Notes: generated from the letters alone by a model not told the origin. Positions 18,248 to 28,280 are shown, counted from the first letter of the stretch. The stretch: DNA of 64,000 nt from Candidatus Latescibacterota bacterium (GCA_965248435.1 OZ252100.1:128001-192000), one strand, 5' to 3'. Numbers and translations are program-made.

Positions 18248-18403
18248 ATTTAAAGGATTAAGGCACGAGGAGTTACGAGGATGAAACACCGCCTCGATCC
18301 CGTGCCTTTTCCATATATTTAGCAGTGATCCCTTTTTCGGATACAAGGCTTGTTAAAGCCTGCACCTTGACTGTTCATACACAAATCTCAAAGGAGGCGA
18401 ACC

Positions 18404-18829
18404 ATGTTTTCGTTGTTGACGAGGACGATGTTCTTGACTGTAGCAGTATCCGTTGCGTGCCTCCCGACGGTTGTCTACGCCGATGAAGGCACCGCGAAGA
18501 AGGAAGAGAAACCGGTCCCAGCTGGGGTGATTCACGCTGATGTAGAGGGCAAGAACTTCTGCCTGGGCTGCGCCCTGAAGAAGAAGAAGGGCGCGGCGGC
18601 TCAGTGCAGCCTGTTCGGTCACAAGCATTCGCTGCGCGTCAGCCGAGCCACCGGAGAGGACGGCAAAGAGCTGGCCGATCTGAAGGGCTGGGTGCTTCAT
18701 TACCTCGAGAACGAAAAGAGCAAGGCGCTGATCCGAGAACACCACGGTGAAAACGTCAAACTCTCGGGCATCATATACTCTCATGAGAGGGTCTTCGAAG
18801 TCAGCTCGATGGAAAAACAACCCAAGTAG
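18404..18829 (+). CDS. exported hypothetical protein with CxxC...C...HxH putative metal site
   Basis: AAGGAGG RBS, signal peptide ending VYA, FCLGC..AQCSLFGHKH. Confidence 0.75.
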   Translation: MFSLLTRTMFLTVAVSVACLPTVVYADEGTAKKEEKPVPAGVIHADVEGKNFCLGCALKKKKGAAAQCSLFGHKHSLRVSRATGEDGKELADLKGWVLHYLENEKSKALIREHHGENVKLSGIIYSHERVFEVSSMEKQPK

Positions 18830-18867
18830 GCAGTCAATATCTCTCAAAGAGGGGATTGGAGTTCGCC

Positions 18868-19884
18868 ATGCCTGGATTCAGCAGACCGGACGACGAGTAT
18901 CGCTACAGGATGGCAACAGAGGCGCGGGCGATCAACGATGCGTTCGTGGAGCGGGGCGTCCCGAAACGAAGGAGGAATCGCCTTCTCGTGGCGAGCTGGA
19001 ACCTCGCGAACCTCGGTGATCAGGACCGGACCCCACTCGACCTGCGGCTCATGGCGCATCTACTCTCGCGTTTCGATCTGATTGCAGTACAGGAGATCAA
19101 GCGCGACCACGATCACTTCGAGCGGCTCGTCGGATACATGGATAATTACGATTTCGTGATGAGTGATACTGCCGGGAATGAGGAAAGACTTGCCTTCATC
19201 TACCGATCGGGTTGGGTGATCCCTCGCCAGATGTTCGGTGAAATCGCCCTGCCCAAACGGGTATGGCCACGCTACACCGTGAAGGTCCCCTACCGTTCGC
19301 GAGGTAAGGACAAGGTCCAGACCTTTCGAAATCACCCATTCCAGCCCTTCGATCGAAACCCATTTATCGGGACGTTCCGGTGCGATCGACTCGACTTCAC
19401 GATCGTGAACGTCCACCTCTACTACGGGGCCTCGAAGAGTCGGGATCGGAAGAAATATGCGCGGCGCGTCCTGGAGATCTTCGCACTCGCAAGATGGGCA
19501 GAGAAGCACGCCAACCGTGATGATGCCTACGACAATGACATCGTGCTGACCGGGGACATGAACGTCCCGACGATGGATCAGAGTGAGCCGGCCTATAAAG
19601 CACTTTTGAGATCAGGCCTTCAACCGACGCAGTACGCCTCCAAAACGGGAAGCAATCTGGACGGGACAAAGGCCTACGACCAGCTCGCCGTCACGCCAGG
19701 ACATCTTGGCAGGATACAGACCGCTTCGGGTGTTTTCGATTTCGATAACTTCGTCTACAGAAGGCTTTGGAATCGGCTCGTCGATCAGAACACGAAACAT
19801 CGTGCGACAAAACTCTTTCGATCCTACCTGCGTGCCTACCTCTCGGATCACCGGCCGCTGTGGATCGAGTTTCGAACCCGCTGA
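18868..19884 (+). CDS. endonuclease/exonuclease/phosphatase (DNase I-like) family protein
   Basis: SWNLANL, IAVQEI, ERLAFIY, NVHL, GDMN, YDQ, SDHRP motifs. Confidence 0.9.
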   Translation: MPGFSRPDDEYRYRMATEARAINDAFVERGVPKRRRNRLLVASWNLANLGDQDRTPLDLRLMAHLLSRFDLIAVQEIKRDHDHFERLVGYMDNYDFVMSDTAGNEERLAFIYRSGWVIPRQMFGEIALPKRVWPRYTVKVPYRSRGKDKVQTFRNHPFQPFDRNPFIGTFRCDRLDFTIVNVHLYYGASKSRDRKKYARRVLEIFALARWAEKHANRDDAYDNDIVLTGDMNVPTMDQSEPAYKALLRSGLQPTQYASKTGSNLDGTKAYDQLAVTPGHLGRIQTASGVFDFDNFVYRRLWNRLVDQNTKHRATKLFRSYLRAYLSDHRPLWIEFRTR

Positions 19885-19942
19885 TCGGCAGAAATTCTCC
19901 CGGCACTGGATGTGATTCAGGAGACAGAGAAGAGATTACCGT

Positions 19943-20725
19943 TTGGCTGGACTATCCACGGACGACATCCGCTTTTTCAAGCGCGAGGGCTATCTGATTA
20001 AACGGGGTGTTCTGGATCCCGGCTTGATGGCGCGGGCACGGGACGCCCTTTGGGCGGCCGCACCTCCGGATCTGGACCGCAACAACCGCGAGTCCTGGGT
20101 CGGTCCGTTTCCGGAAAGGATAGACTCGCCGAATGTGATGCGCGGATACATCTGGAAGTGCCGCGAACGGGGTGGGGAAGACTGGATGGTGAGACTTCTG
20201 GCGACAGATCCAACCATCTGGGAGATGGCGGAACAGTGCCTCGGAAAAGGCACCCTGAAGACGCCAGAGAAGATTCGTGGGATCTACTGCACGTTTCCGG
20301 AGGGGCAAAAACCGGCGGAGACTCCGACCGGCCACTGCGACGGACACGCGTTTCATCTAGGCGTCGTGGGGTATGTCGATGAGGTGCATCCTAACGGGGG
20401 CGGCCTGAAGGTCTGGCCCGGGAGTCATCGGAAACTCTATCACGACTACACGAGCCGCTACCGCAACGAACCGACCGAGGATTATGAGCGGGACATCGAG
20501 ACCTTCAATCAGCAGCCTTACGTAGACTTTCACGGGGATGCAGGAGACATCATTTTCTGGCACCACCGACTCGCCCATTCCGGAGGGCATAATCGCTCGC
20601 GCCAGATCAGAATGGCGGTGTTCTACGATTTTCGTAAACAGGACCTGGATGAGAAATCGGATCTGCCACCGGCTGAGGACATGTGGGAGGATTGGTCGGA
20701 GGAAGTGCGGTCTACAAAGGAATAG
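19943..20725 (+). CDS. phytanoyl-CoA dioxygenase (PhyH) family Fe(II)/2OG oxygenase
   Basis: FFKREGYL, HCD, GGLKVWPGSH, AGDIIFWH..LAHSG..N.S..IR. Confidence 0.88.
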   Translation: MAGLSTDDIRFFKREGYLIKRGVLDPGLMARARDALWAAAPPDLDRNNRESWVGPFPERIDSPNVMRGYIWKCRERGGEDWMVRLLATDPTIWEMAEQCLGKGTLKTPEKIRGIYCTFPEGQKPAETPTGHCDGHAFHLGVVGYVDEVHPNGGGLKVWPGSHRKLYHDYTSRYRNEPTEDYERDIETFNQQPYVDFHGDAGDIIFWHHRLAHSGGHNRSRQIRMAVFYDFRKQDLDEKSDLPPAEDMWEDWSEEVRSTKE

Positions 20726-20754
20726 AGGGAATACGGTTGCAGCGGGAGTGACGG

Positions 20755-21399
20755 CTACTGAAACAGCTCTACATCTACGGCCTGCCACAGATACCAGCTT
20801 GCGGCGGATCGAAAGGGTCTCCACTTTTCGCCAATTTTCTGCAGTTCTTTTGGTGTAGGGAGTTCCTCCAGACCATAGGCGACCCGAAGTCCTTTGCGCA
20901 CACCCAGGTCTCCCACCGGTAGGACATCCGGACGGCCCAGGTAGAAGATGAGCAGCATATGCACGGTCCATGGTCCAATCCCCTTGACCGCGACCAGGCG
21001 ATCCACGATCTCCTCATCCTCCATGCGCCTTAGCTCGGCCGCTGTCGGAAGGCTCCCATCTAGCGTCTTCGACGCAAGGTCCTTTATCGCGTTCACCTTT
21101 GCGTAGGCCATCCCCGCGCCACGAAACGCTTCATCATCCGTTTTTAGGACTTGCCTGGGGAGCGGCGGCTTACCGTTGTTCAACTCCATGACCCGTCCGT
21201 AAATCGAGGCAGCTGCCTTGCCCGAGAGCTGCTGCCCGATGATCGATCTCATCAGTGTTTCGAACGGGCTGGATAGATTTCTCGTTTTGAGTCGGAACGG
21301 ACCCACCCCGTCGATGATTCGGGCGAGTCTCTTGTCGGCCTTTCGCAGCGCGTGCACTGCCGCCTTCCGGTTATACTGAAGCCGCATCCATTCCCTCAA
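20755..21399 (-). CDS. alkA: DNA-3-methyladenine glycosylase II (AlkA/HhH-GPD family)
   Basis: IIGQQLSGKAA, VKGIGPWT HhH, RPDVLPVGDLG, WRPFRS..SWYLW. Confidence 0.9.
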   Translation of the reverse strand: MREWMRLQYNRKAAVHALRKADKRLARIIDGVGPFRLKTRNLSSPFETLMRSIIGQQLSGKAAASIYGRVMELNNGKPPLPRQVLKTDDEAFRGAGMAYAKVNAIKDLASKTLDGSLPTAAELRRMEDEEIVDRLVAVKGIGPWTVHMLLIFYLGRPDVLPVGDLGVRKGLRVAYGLEELPTPKELQKIGEKWRPFRSAASWYLWQAVDVELFQ

Positions 21400-21673
21400 A
21401 TATTGGGTCCTGTACCGTTTCTAGACGGTGAATATAGCATCGAGATCGTGGTCCCGCCAAAGGATTGAACAAGCGGCGCGTTGTTTAGAGGGGCGCATCC
21501 CGACACTGGGGTGCGTCCTTCTTTTGTGGTCCGAATCAAGATTGCGGTTGTGGACCACGTGGTGGATATCAGCCATAAGTTCCTCCGAACGAGGGTGTGA
21601 AAATGAGAGTGCGATGGAATCTAATTAAACTGTTAACAGCAAGTTATATATGTTAGCGACAGTTGCCACTGTA

Positions 21674-21689
21674 TGGCATACATCCTGCT
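21674..21689 (+). promoter_or_regulatory. putative sigma54 -24/-12 promoter with upstream IHF-like site (21634-21646)
   Basis: TGGCATACATCCTGCT has canonical GG-N10-GC spacing; TAACAG-CAAG-TTA resembles WATCARN4TTR. Confidence 0.5.
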
Positions 21690-21997
21690 AAGAGTATGTC
21701 TGAAGTGATTGGGTGCGAGATGCCCGGACAATATCCGTTCTGCCTGAACCTGTCCGTAGCGGCTCGGTGACGGTAGCCTCGGGGCTTCCCCGAGGCGCAG
21801 ACGGTTGGCGATGGTTGTTAACACAAATCGCCAAAGCGTTCGAGCAAAGTTGATGGCACCAGAGCGCTGAATGTTGTAAATTATTGTTAATAAAGTAGGT
21901 GAGTGATCGTTGTCTCGGGTGGCTCAACTCTTGCAAATTGGATCCTAGAATCAGTCGGGCGTGATGTATTCTGAGGCCACTATGGGGGTGAGCAGTA

Positions 21998-22735
21998 ATG
22001 ACTGAGCATGGAGCTTCTTTGAGCGTCGGAGAGGTCGTTCCGACATTTGAACTTCCTGAGATCGGCCCCGGCGGCCTGCGCAGCTCAAAGGAGTTTTTGG
22101 GAAAGCCGGCGATCTTCTTCATGTGGGCCTCCTGGTGAGGCTGTCGCGCGCAGCTGCCTGGATGGCAGTCCTTCCACGAAGACCACGGAGACGTTTGCAA
22201 CCTGGTGGCGATCGCGCAGGATGCCCAGGGTGAGGACATCGTAACGCCCTGGCTGAACGAAGCCGGGGTTAAGTTCCCTGTACTGCTGGATCGCCGGAAT
22301 GAGATAGGGAAGTTGCTCTCGGTGAAATACGTTCCCGTCGGGATCCTTCTGGATTCGGACGGGAGATTCGTTCGGAACGTAGGAATGGTCGACATCCGCG
22401 ACGACAGATTCAGGAGTGAACTCGAGCACTGGGTCCGCAGACAAGAGGTGCCTGAGGCGTGGGCCGCTTCCGGTTGCGTCGACATCTCCGATTCTACGGA
22501 GGTTACGAGGGAGGAGCATCTGGCTGATGAGGCATTTCAGAGGGCCGTTGAGCATCTTCATTTGGGCCGCCGCGATGATGCGATTCGAGAGATGAACGTG
22601 GCGGTCATCCACGACCCGGAGAACTGGTTGATCCGAAAGCAACTTTGGGCAATCGAAGCTCCGGGCGCGTTCTATTCGGTTGATGTGGATTATGACTGGC
22701 AAAAGGACCGGCTTCGGCAACAAGACAAGCGTTGA
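21998..22735 (+). CDS. selenoprotein: TlpA/ResA-like thioredoxin fold with WASW-U-GC motif and C-terminal TPR-like helices (245 aa)
   Basis: ATG 21998 is in frame with ORF 22205-22735; the single TGA at 22136-22138 sits at the redox Cys position (FFMWASW*GCR.QLPGWQ); downstream hairpin. Confidence 0.88.
22153..22169 (+). promoter_or_regulatory. candidate bacterial SECIS element
   Basis: GCTGCC-TGGAT-GGCAGT hairpin starting 15 nt after the UGA, with G residues in the apical loop. Confidence 0.6.
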
Positions 22736-22754
22736 TGACCTCATGGGTTGAGTT

Positions 22755-25745
22755 GTGATGACGAAAATCAGTAAGACAGGCTTGGCTTTCCTGATCGGAC
22801 TCGGGGTCGCGTCCCACGCACAGGTGGCAGGCGGTCGCAGCTTCGAGGTAGAGGCCGGAGAGGATCGCATCCAGGCGGTCCTCCCTTCCCTCGCTCCCGG
22901 AGATACGATTCTTTTGGTCTCTCAAGCGGGCGTCTACAGGGAAAGTGCCGCTCTGGAACTGCCTGCCATGCCGCTAAAAATACTCGCTCGGGATGGTGTC
23001 AGGCCCACACTGAAGTCCCTCGGGACCTCCCAGATGCGTGTACAAGGGGATCTCTACATAGAGGGGATCCGATTCGATGGGGCAAAGGCGGTTGAATACG
23101 GCATCGTGATGGATGCGGATCCCTCCTCGTCTCTGAGGATCGAAGGGTGTGAATTCACCGGCCACGTGAAGGCCGCCGTCACCGATTCGGGAAGACCGTT
23201 CGAATCCTGTGTCGTAAAGAACAGCCTCTTTTACGACATCGGTCAGGTGGCCATATCGTTCAAATCGAAGGATGTTTGCAGGAACCTGGTCGTCGAGAAC
23301 TCCACGTTTTATGGACTGGGTGAAAGTGCCGTGAGTCTGGTAGAAGGGGATCAGGCGCTTTCAGCCAGAATCAATCACGTGACCGTTTATGACTCTTACG
23401 ACGGTATCGTCTTGACCTCTGTGAACGATTCGAGGATCTCGGAGACTATTCTAGCCGATTGTCGAGGGAAGTCGGTCAGGACGGGACCCGACGGCCGCGT
23501 CGCAAGTACGTGCCTTTACCGCAGTTCTGGATCGCACGACCACGTCGAGGGCGCCGTCTGTCTGAATTGCATCGGATCAGACCCCGCGTTTTACGACGCC
23601 CGCGCGGGTGACTTCTCGCTGCTGCCGGAGTCCCCCTGTCTTTGGGTGGGAGAGGGTCAGCAACCGGTCGGAGACCGCCGATGGTCGGGGCCTGCAACGA
23701 CGGAGGCGTCACGGCGACGCCGGATCGACCGGACGGTGAAGTGGAGTGCGGGCATAGGGGGAGCGATGGGGGCCATCCTGCTGCTGTTCGGGGTTGGACG
23801 GTGGCATACGTCCCAGAAGACAAGCCGACAGATCCGGGAGCGAGATGCCAGATATCGAGCCGTTCTCGAAGCGAGCAAAGATGGGATCGCCCTGGTGGAT
23901 CCGGAATCCCACTACATTCTCGAGATGAACGCGTCGTTCGTCTCACAGTTTGGACTGAACCTACCATTAGAACCTGAGATCGTTTTCGATGAGCTTTTAG
24001 ACGAACGGGATAAGCTGGCCGACCTATACGATTCCGCGCTGAATGCCCGTTTTTACCGGGGTCAGCACTCTGTCAAGCGATCCACTGGAGCGGCGAAGCA
24101 CCTGGAGATTGTTGCAACACCCATGGACTACCAGGGGAGGCCGATCGCTTGTGTGGTCGCCCGGGACACCACCGAGCTTATGTATCAAACGACCCGGCTT
24201 GTCGAGGCAGAGGAACGTCTTCGCTACCTCCTGCGCTCCAGTCCCGCAGTGCTCTACAGCCGGGACCCGAGCGATCTTATGGGATTCACGTTTCTCTCCG
24301 AGAGTATCGAGCGACTGCTGGGATTTGCACCGGAGGAGATGATTTCGGATTCGGAATTCTTCAAGTGGCGTATTCATATGGAGGATCTCCCGAGGGTCAT
24401 GGGTGAACAACCCCGCGTGCTGCGGGGAGGAACCGTGACGCTGGAATACCGCGTGCAGCACAAAGACGGCTCATACCTGTGGATTCGAGACGAATCATAT
24501 CTGGTACGAGACGAGGCCGGGCTATCTTCGGAGATCGTGGGGTCCATCATGGACATTACCTCGAGACTCGATGCAGAGCATCGTCGAATGGCCGCTGAGA
24601 AGGAGTTGGACGAGAGCGAGGAGCGATTTCGGTCCGTGGTAGAACACGCTGCAGATGCGATTTTTGTCGTAGGATCCGACGGAAGGTTTCTTGATGCCAA
24701 CCAACAAGCTTATAGAAGCCTGGGATATGAACGGGATGAACTCCTTGCCTTGTCCGTCCCTGATGTCCAGATAAAATTGACGACTGAAGAATTTGAAAAG
24801 ATGCAGAAGCAAGTGATGTCCGGGGTGACCGTCACGAAAGATGGATTCCACCGGCGTAAGGACGGGACGACGTTCCCCGTGGAGGTGCGCATCGGTTCAC
24901 TCTACCTCGATGGCCGCCCGCGGCTTCTTGCCCTGGCCCGAGACGTTACCGAACGCAAGCGGACAGAAGAGGCCAAAGAGCGGGCGGAGCAGGAGCTCGA
25001 AGCTCAAAAAGCCCTCTCGATCCGCGCAGACCGTCTTCGCTCTCTGGGTGAGATGGCCGCGGGGATCGCGCACGAACTCAACCAGCCCCTTGTGGGCGTC
25101 AGAGGTCTGGCCGAGCATATCCTCATCGGTTTGGACCGAGGATGGAATCTTACCAAAGAGAAGCTCCAGGACAGAGCCGAGAGGATCGTGGAGCAGGCGG
25201 ACCGTATGGTCCACATCATCGATCACGTTAGGATGTTCGCGCGCGAAGCTGGCAAGCCGGAGTTGGAGTCAATACAGGTGAACGAGGTTGTGAAGTCTGG
25301 GATGGAGATGATCGGGGCTCAGTTCATGTCTCGAGGTGTCCTCTTATCGTCGGATTTGGGGGAAGATCTACCCGAGGTGGAGGCGAATCCGTTCTCTTTG
25401 GAAGAGGTGTTGTTGAATCTGTTGAGCAACGCGAGAGACGCAGTTGAATCGTGCTCCAGGGATAATGGTTCGGACCCGGAAGTGATCATTCGCACCGGCC
25501 TGGAAATTGGAAGGTCTAACAGAGTGTTCGTTCAGGTGCAGGACAACGGGACGGGCATCCCGCCTCAAGTCCTGGAGCGCGTGTTCGACCCGTTCTTTAC
25601 TACGAAAGAGCCAGACAAGGGGACGGGGTTGGGGTTGTCGATCTCGAGGTCGATCGTGGAGGATTTCGACGGAGAGATGAAGATCGAGACAGGCGAAGGG
25701 AATGGAACGACGGTATCGATCCTGCTTCCCACCAAAAAAGCCTAA
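22755..25745 (+). CDS. membrane sensor histidine kinase: extracytoplasmic parallel beta-helix, TM, three PAS, HisKA-HATPase
   Basis: Signal peptide; PGDTILL..GVY and NSLFY/NSTFY/NHVTVY repeats ending DPAF..DFSL..SPC; TM about aa 332-350; PAS/PAC motifs; LGEMAAGIAHELNQP; N, G1, F, G2 boxes. Confidence 0.9.
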   Translation: MMTKISKTGLAFLIGLGVASHAQVAGGRSFEVEAGEDRIQAVLPSLAPGDTILLVSQAGVYRESAALELPAMPLKILARDGVRPTLKSLGTSQMRVQGDLYIEGIRFDGAKAVEYGIVMDADPSSSLRIEGCEFTGHVKAAVTDSGRPFESCVVKNSLFYDIGQVAISFKSKDVCRNLVVENSTFYGLGESAVSLVEGDQALSARINHVTVYDSYDGIVLTSVNDSRISETILADCRGKSVRTGPDGRVASTCLYRSSGSHDHVEGAVCLNCIGSDPAFYDARAGDFSLLPESPCLWVGEGQQPVGDRRWSGPATTEASRRRRIDRTVKWSAGIGGAMGAILLLFGVGRWHTSQKTSRQIRERDARYRAVLEASKDGIALVDPESHYILEMNASFVSQFGLNLPLEPEIVFDELLDERDKLADLYDSALNARFYRGQHSVKRSTGAAKHLEIVATPMDYQGRPIACVVARDTTELMYQTTRLVEAEERLRYLLRSSPAVLYSRDPSDLMGFTFLSESIERLLGFAPEEMISDSEFFKWRIHMEDLPRVMGEQPRVLRGGTVTLEYRVQHKDGSYLWIRDESYLVRDEAGLSSEIVGSIMDITSRLDAEHRRMAAEKELDESEERFRSVVEHAADAIFVVGSDGRFLDANQQAYRSLGYERDELLALSVPDVQIKLTTEEFEKMQKQVMSGVTVTKDGFHRRKDGTTFPVEVRIGSLYLDGRPRLLALARDVTERKRTEEAKERAEQELEAQKALSIRADRLRSLGEMAAGIAHELNQPLVGVRGLAEHILIGLDRGWNLTKEKLQDRAERIVEQADRMVHIIDHVRMFAREAGKPELESIQVNEVVKSGMEMIGAQFMSRGVLLSSDLGEDLPEVEANPFSLEEVLLNLLSNARDAVESCSRDNGSDPEVIIRTGLEIGRSNRVFVQVQDNGTGIPPQVLERVFDPFFTTKEPDKGTGLGLSISRSIVEDFDGEMKIETGEGNGTTVSILLPTKKA

Positions 25746-25852
25746 TCGGAGTCAACATAAGAACTCGCTTCAGGTAAAATCAGAAAGGCTCTGCTCAATT
25801 TGGTTCGTCAACATGAGTTGGCTCCTACCTGATACGCGACGCGATTTCATGC

Positions 25853-26548
25853 TTAACTGGCGCGCCGGGCATAATAGATCATCCCCAGCGCGCCGCGCTC
25901 CCGCTCGCTCGGATTCGAGTCTGCCCGGTGAATGATCATGCAGTGGTGGGCAATCATGTCTCCGGGAGTTGCGTGGATCTGCATCTCCGCTTTGTAGTCC
26001 TCATCGCCATAATCCGTGATCCCCTTTGAGAACCCCAGGATGTCTGTGGGCTGGTGCGGCCGCATGCCCCGCCTGTGCGAACCCGGCACGTAGCGGACAC
26101 AGCCGTTCTCCTCATCGACGGTATCCAGTGCCAGCCAGAAGGTGAGTGCCTCGCTCGGGTCAAGTTTGAAGTAGAACCCGTCCTGATGAGGCGGTGTCTC
26201 GTCGCCGGTGCGTACCGGCTTTCCGAACCAGTCCAGGTTTCTGCATTTCACTTCGTCCTCCATGAGCAGCTCCGCCAGTTTGACGAATGGGTCGCTGAAA
26301 AGGAGGTCTTTGAAGTAGCGGTCGTGATCCGACATGAGGGACATCCGCAACATGGTTTCGGGCTGCCCCTCGACCTGGTAAAAGGCAGCGTCCGAGGACA
26401 AATACGGCAGGACCTCAGTTCTGTATCGGTCGACCTCCGCATTCAATTGGGTCATCTCCGGTGGGGAGAAGAAACCGGGGAGCATTACAAACCCATTCCC
26501 GTCAAAGTTAGCCTTGATCTGATTCGAATTGTTTTGCCAGTCTATCAT
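25853..26548 (-). CDS. phytanoyl-CoA dioxygenase (PhyH) family protein
   Basis: TPPHQDG, TFWLALD..DEENGC..YVPGSH, PGD..HH..IHRAD.N.S..R. Confidence 0.92.
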   Translation of the reverse strand: MIDWQNNSNQIKANFDGNGFVMLPGFFSPPEMTQLNAEVDRYRTEVLPYLSSDAAFYQVEGQPETMLRMSLMSDHDRYFKDLLFSDPFVKLAELLMEDEVKCRNLDWFGKPVRTGDETPPHQDGFYFKLDPSEALTFWLALDTVDEENGCVRYVPGSHRRGMRPHQPTDILGFSKGITDYGDEDYKAEMQIHATPGDMIAHHCMIIHRADSNPSERERGALGMIYYARRAS

Positions 26549-26567
26549 GCCGCCTCCTGCTGGTGAC

Positions 26568-27293
26568 TTACTCCGTGCAGTGAAAGATGTCCCCCGCGGC
26601 CCCCGTGTGAACGGCCATTCGATGCAACTCTTCTTTGTCTAGGAAATCTCCCGCACCGAATTTCTCCACCCTGAAGCCACTCTCTCGAAGTCTGTCCAAG
26701 AAGTCCGGCCCGTACCGACGGACGTGGTCCTCTTGCCCAAACAATCGGAGACGCGTTTTTGGATCAGTCGCACTCGCGTCTTCAATCGTCTCCCCCGCCG
26801 TGATGGGCACGAGCAGGACCGCCCATCCGCTCGGCCTGAGTACGCGAAACAACTCGCTCATGGCCCGGCGATCATCAGGAATATGCTCGAAGACGTGGCT
26901 GCAGTAGATGACGTCGAACGAATCGTCCGGGTGCGGAATGTCGGTTATGTCCATGCTTTCGGTCTCATCTGCACTACTCAAATCCACAGCCAGATATCCC
27001 GGTAGAAGTGCTTCCAATCGCGGTCGCATACAGGCTTCGGGTGCAACGTGAAGCATGCGCTTCGGGCTTCCGTCGAACAGGTCTGTTCGCTCCTGGAAGT
27101 ATCGCCAGACCAATCGGTGCCGCTCGAGCGCGCCACACCATGCGCATCTTGCGTTCGGCCTTGGAATCACCCCGGACTCGAGGAACTTGCGCGAGTGTCT
27201 GCAGCAGACCGGGCAGTACCGACGCCGACCGACCAGCCAGATGGTTTTGACGATGGATAGGAGACTTCCGGGAATGAGGTCCTGAAAACGCAC
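26568..27293 (-). CDS. class I SAM-dependent methyltransferase with N-terminal Zn ribbon
   Basis: CPVC..CAWCGALERHR, LHVAPE, MDIT.IP..D.SFD..CSHV.EH, FGQEDHVR.YG. Confidence 0.85.
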   Translation of the reverse strand: MRFQDLIPGSLLSIVKTIWLVGRRRYCPVCCRHSRKFLESGVIPRPNARCAWCGALERHRLVWRYFQERTDLFDGSPKRMLHVAPEACMRPRLEALLPGYLAVDLSSADETESMDITDIPHPDDSFDVIYCSHVFEHIPDDRRAMSELFRVLRPSGWAVLLVPITAGETIEDASATDPKTRLRLFGQEDHVRRYGPDFLDRLRESGFRVEKFGAGDFLDKEELHRMAVHTGAAGDIFHCTE

Positions 27294-27500
27294 GAATCAG
27301 CCCTGAGTGAAGTGGCGTGGCACAGAAGAGGGCACACAAATGTGATTGTGAAGCGCGTCATAATGCTGAATATTCCTTGAGATGTCAAGACAGGAGGAGG
27401 CCAAATTGTATTCAGAACCAGGTAAATACTCATTGATTTCTGCATCGTGAAACACGAGGGCGTGTATCGCGTGTCGAGGACATAACAGAGGGAACAGCTC

Positions 27501-28280
27501 ATGGATCAAGCGCACTCACTCGCAGGGAAAAAGGCCTTCGTCACGGGAGGCAAGCGGCGTATCGGTCGCGGTATCGCCCTGGCCCTGGCCGGAGCCGGTG
27601 CCGATGTCGGCATCAACGATCTCGAACTGGACGCCGATGGTGAGGAGACACTGACCCTGATCCGTGCCATGGGTCGGGAAGCAGACTTCTTCCCCGGGGA
27701 CATCTCCGACAGCAGGCAAGTGGAGGAGATGTTCGTGGCTTTCCGGGCGCGTTTCGGTCGCATCGACATTCTCGCAAACAATCCCTACGGCGGAACGGGT
27801 CAGCACTTTCTCGAGCTCACCGAAGAGAATTGGGACCGGAATCTGGACGTCGGCCTCAAGGGGTTCTACCTTTGCAGTCAGCAGGCCGCGCGGGCGATGG
27901 TCGAGCAGGGGGGTGGTGGCTGCATTGTCAGCACGTCATCCGTCCACAGCCGGCGCACGTGGAAAGGCGACACCGCCTACGGGTCGGCCAAGGCCGGTGT
28001 GCTGCGCTTGACTGAGAGCATGGCAGTCGATTTGGGAGAGCACGGAATCCGCTGCAACGCAGTGCTGCCCGGTCACATGGACACGAACCACGTGTTCGCC
28101 ACGCCGCCTCCGGCTTTCGGGTCGATCGACAAGGAGCTCTACGAGATGGTCCCCCTGCGCCGGCGCGGTACACCCGAAGACATCGGTCGCGCTGTCGCGT
28201 TCCTTTGCTCCCCGGCCGCGGGTTGTATCACCGGCGTCTCCTTGCCCGTGGACGGGGGACTGCTCACCACCGGGACGTGA
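27501..28280 (+). CDS. short-chain dehydrogenase/reductase (SDR)
   Basis: VTGGKRRIG, YGSAK (YxxxK), GIRCNAVLPG, ITG..LPVDGG. Confidence 0.92.
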   Translation: MDQAHSLAGKKAFVTGGKRRIGRGIALALAGAGADVGINDLELDADGEETLTLIRAMGREADFFPGDISDSRQVEEMFVAFRARFGRIDILANNPYGGTGQHFLELTEENWDRNLDVGLKGFYLCSQQAARAMVEQGGGGCIVSTSSVHSRRTWKGDTAYGSAKAGVLRLTESMAVDLGEHGIRCNAVLPGHMDTNHVFATPPPAFGSIDKELYEMVPLRRRGTPEDIGRAVAFLCSPAAGCITGVSLPVDGGLLTTGT

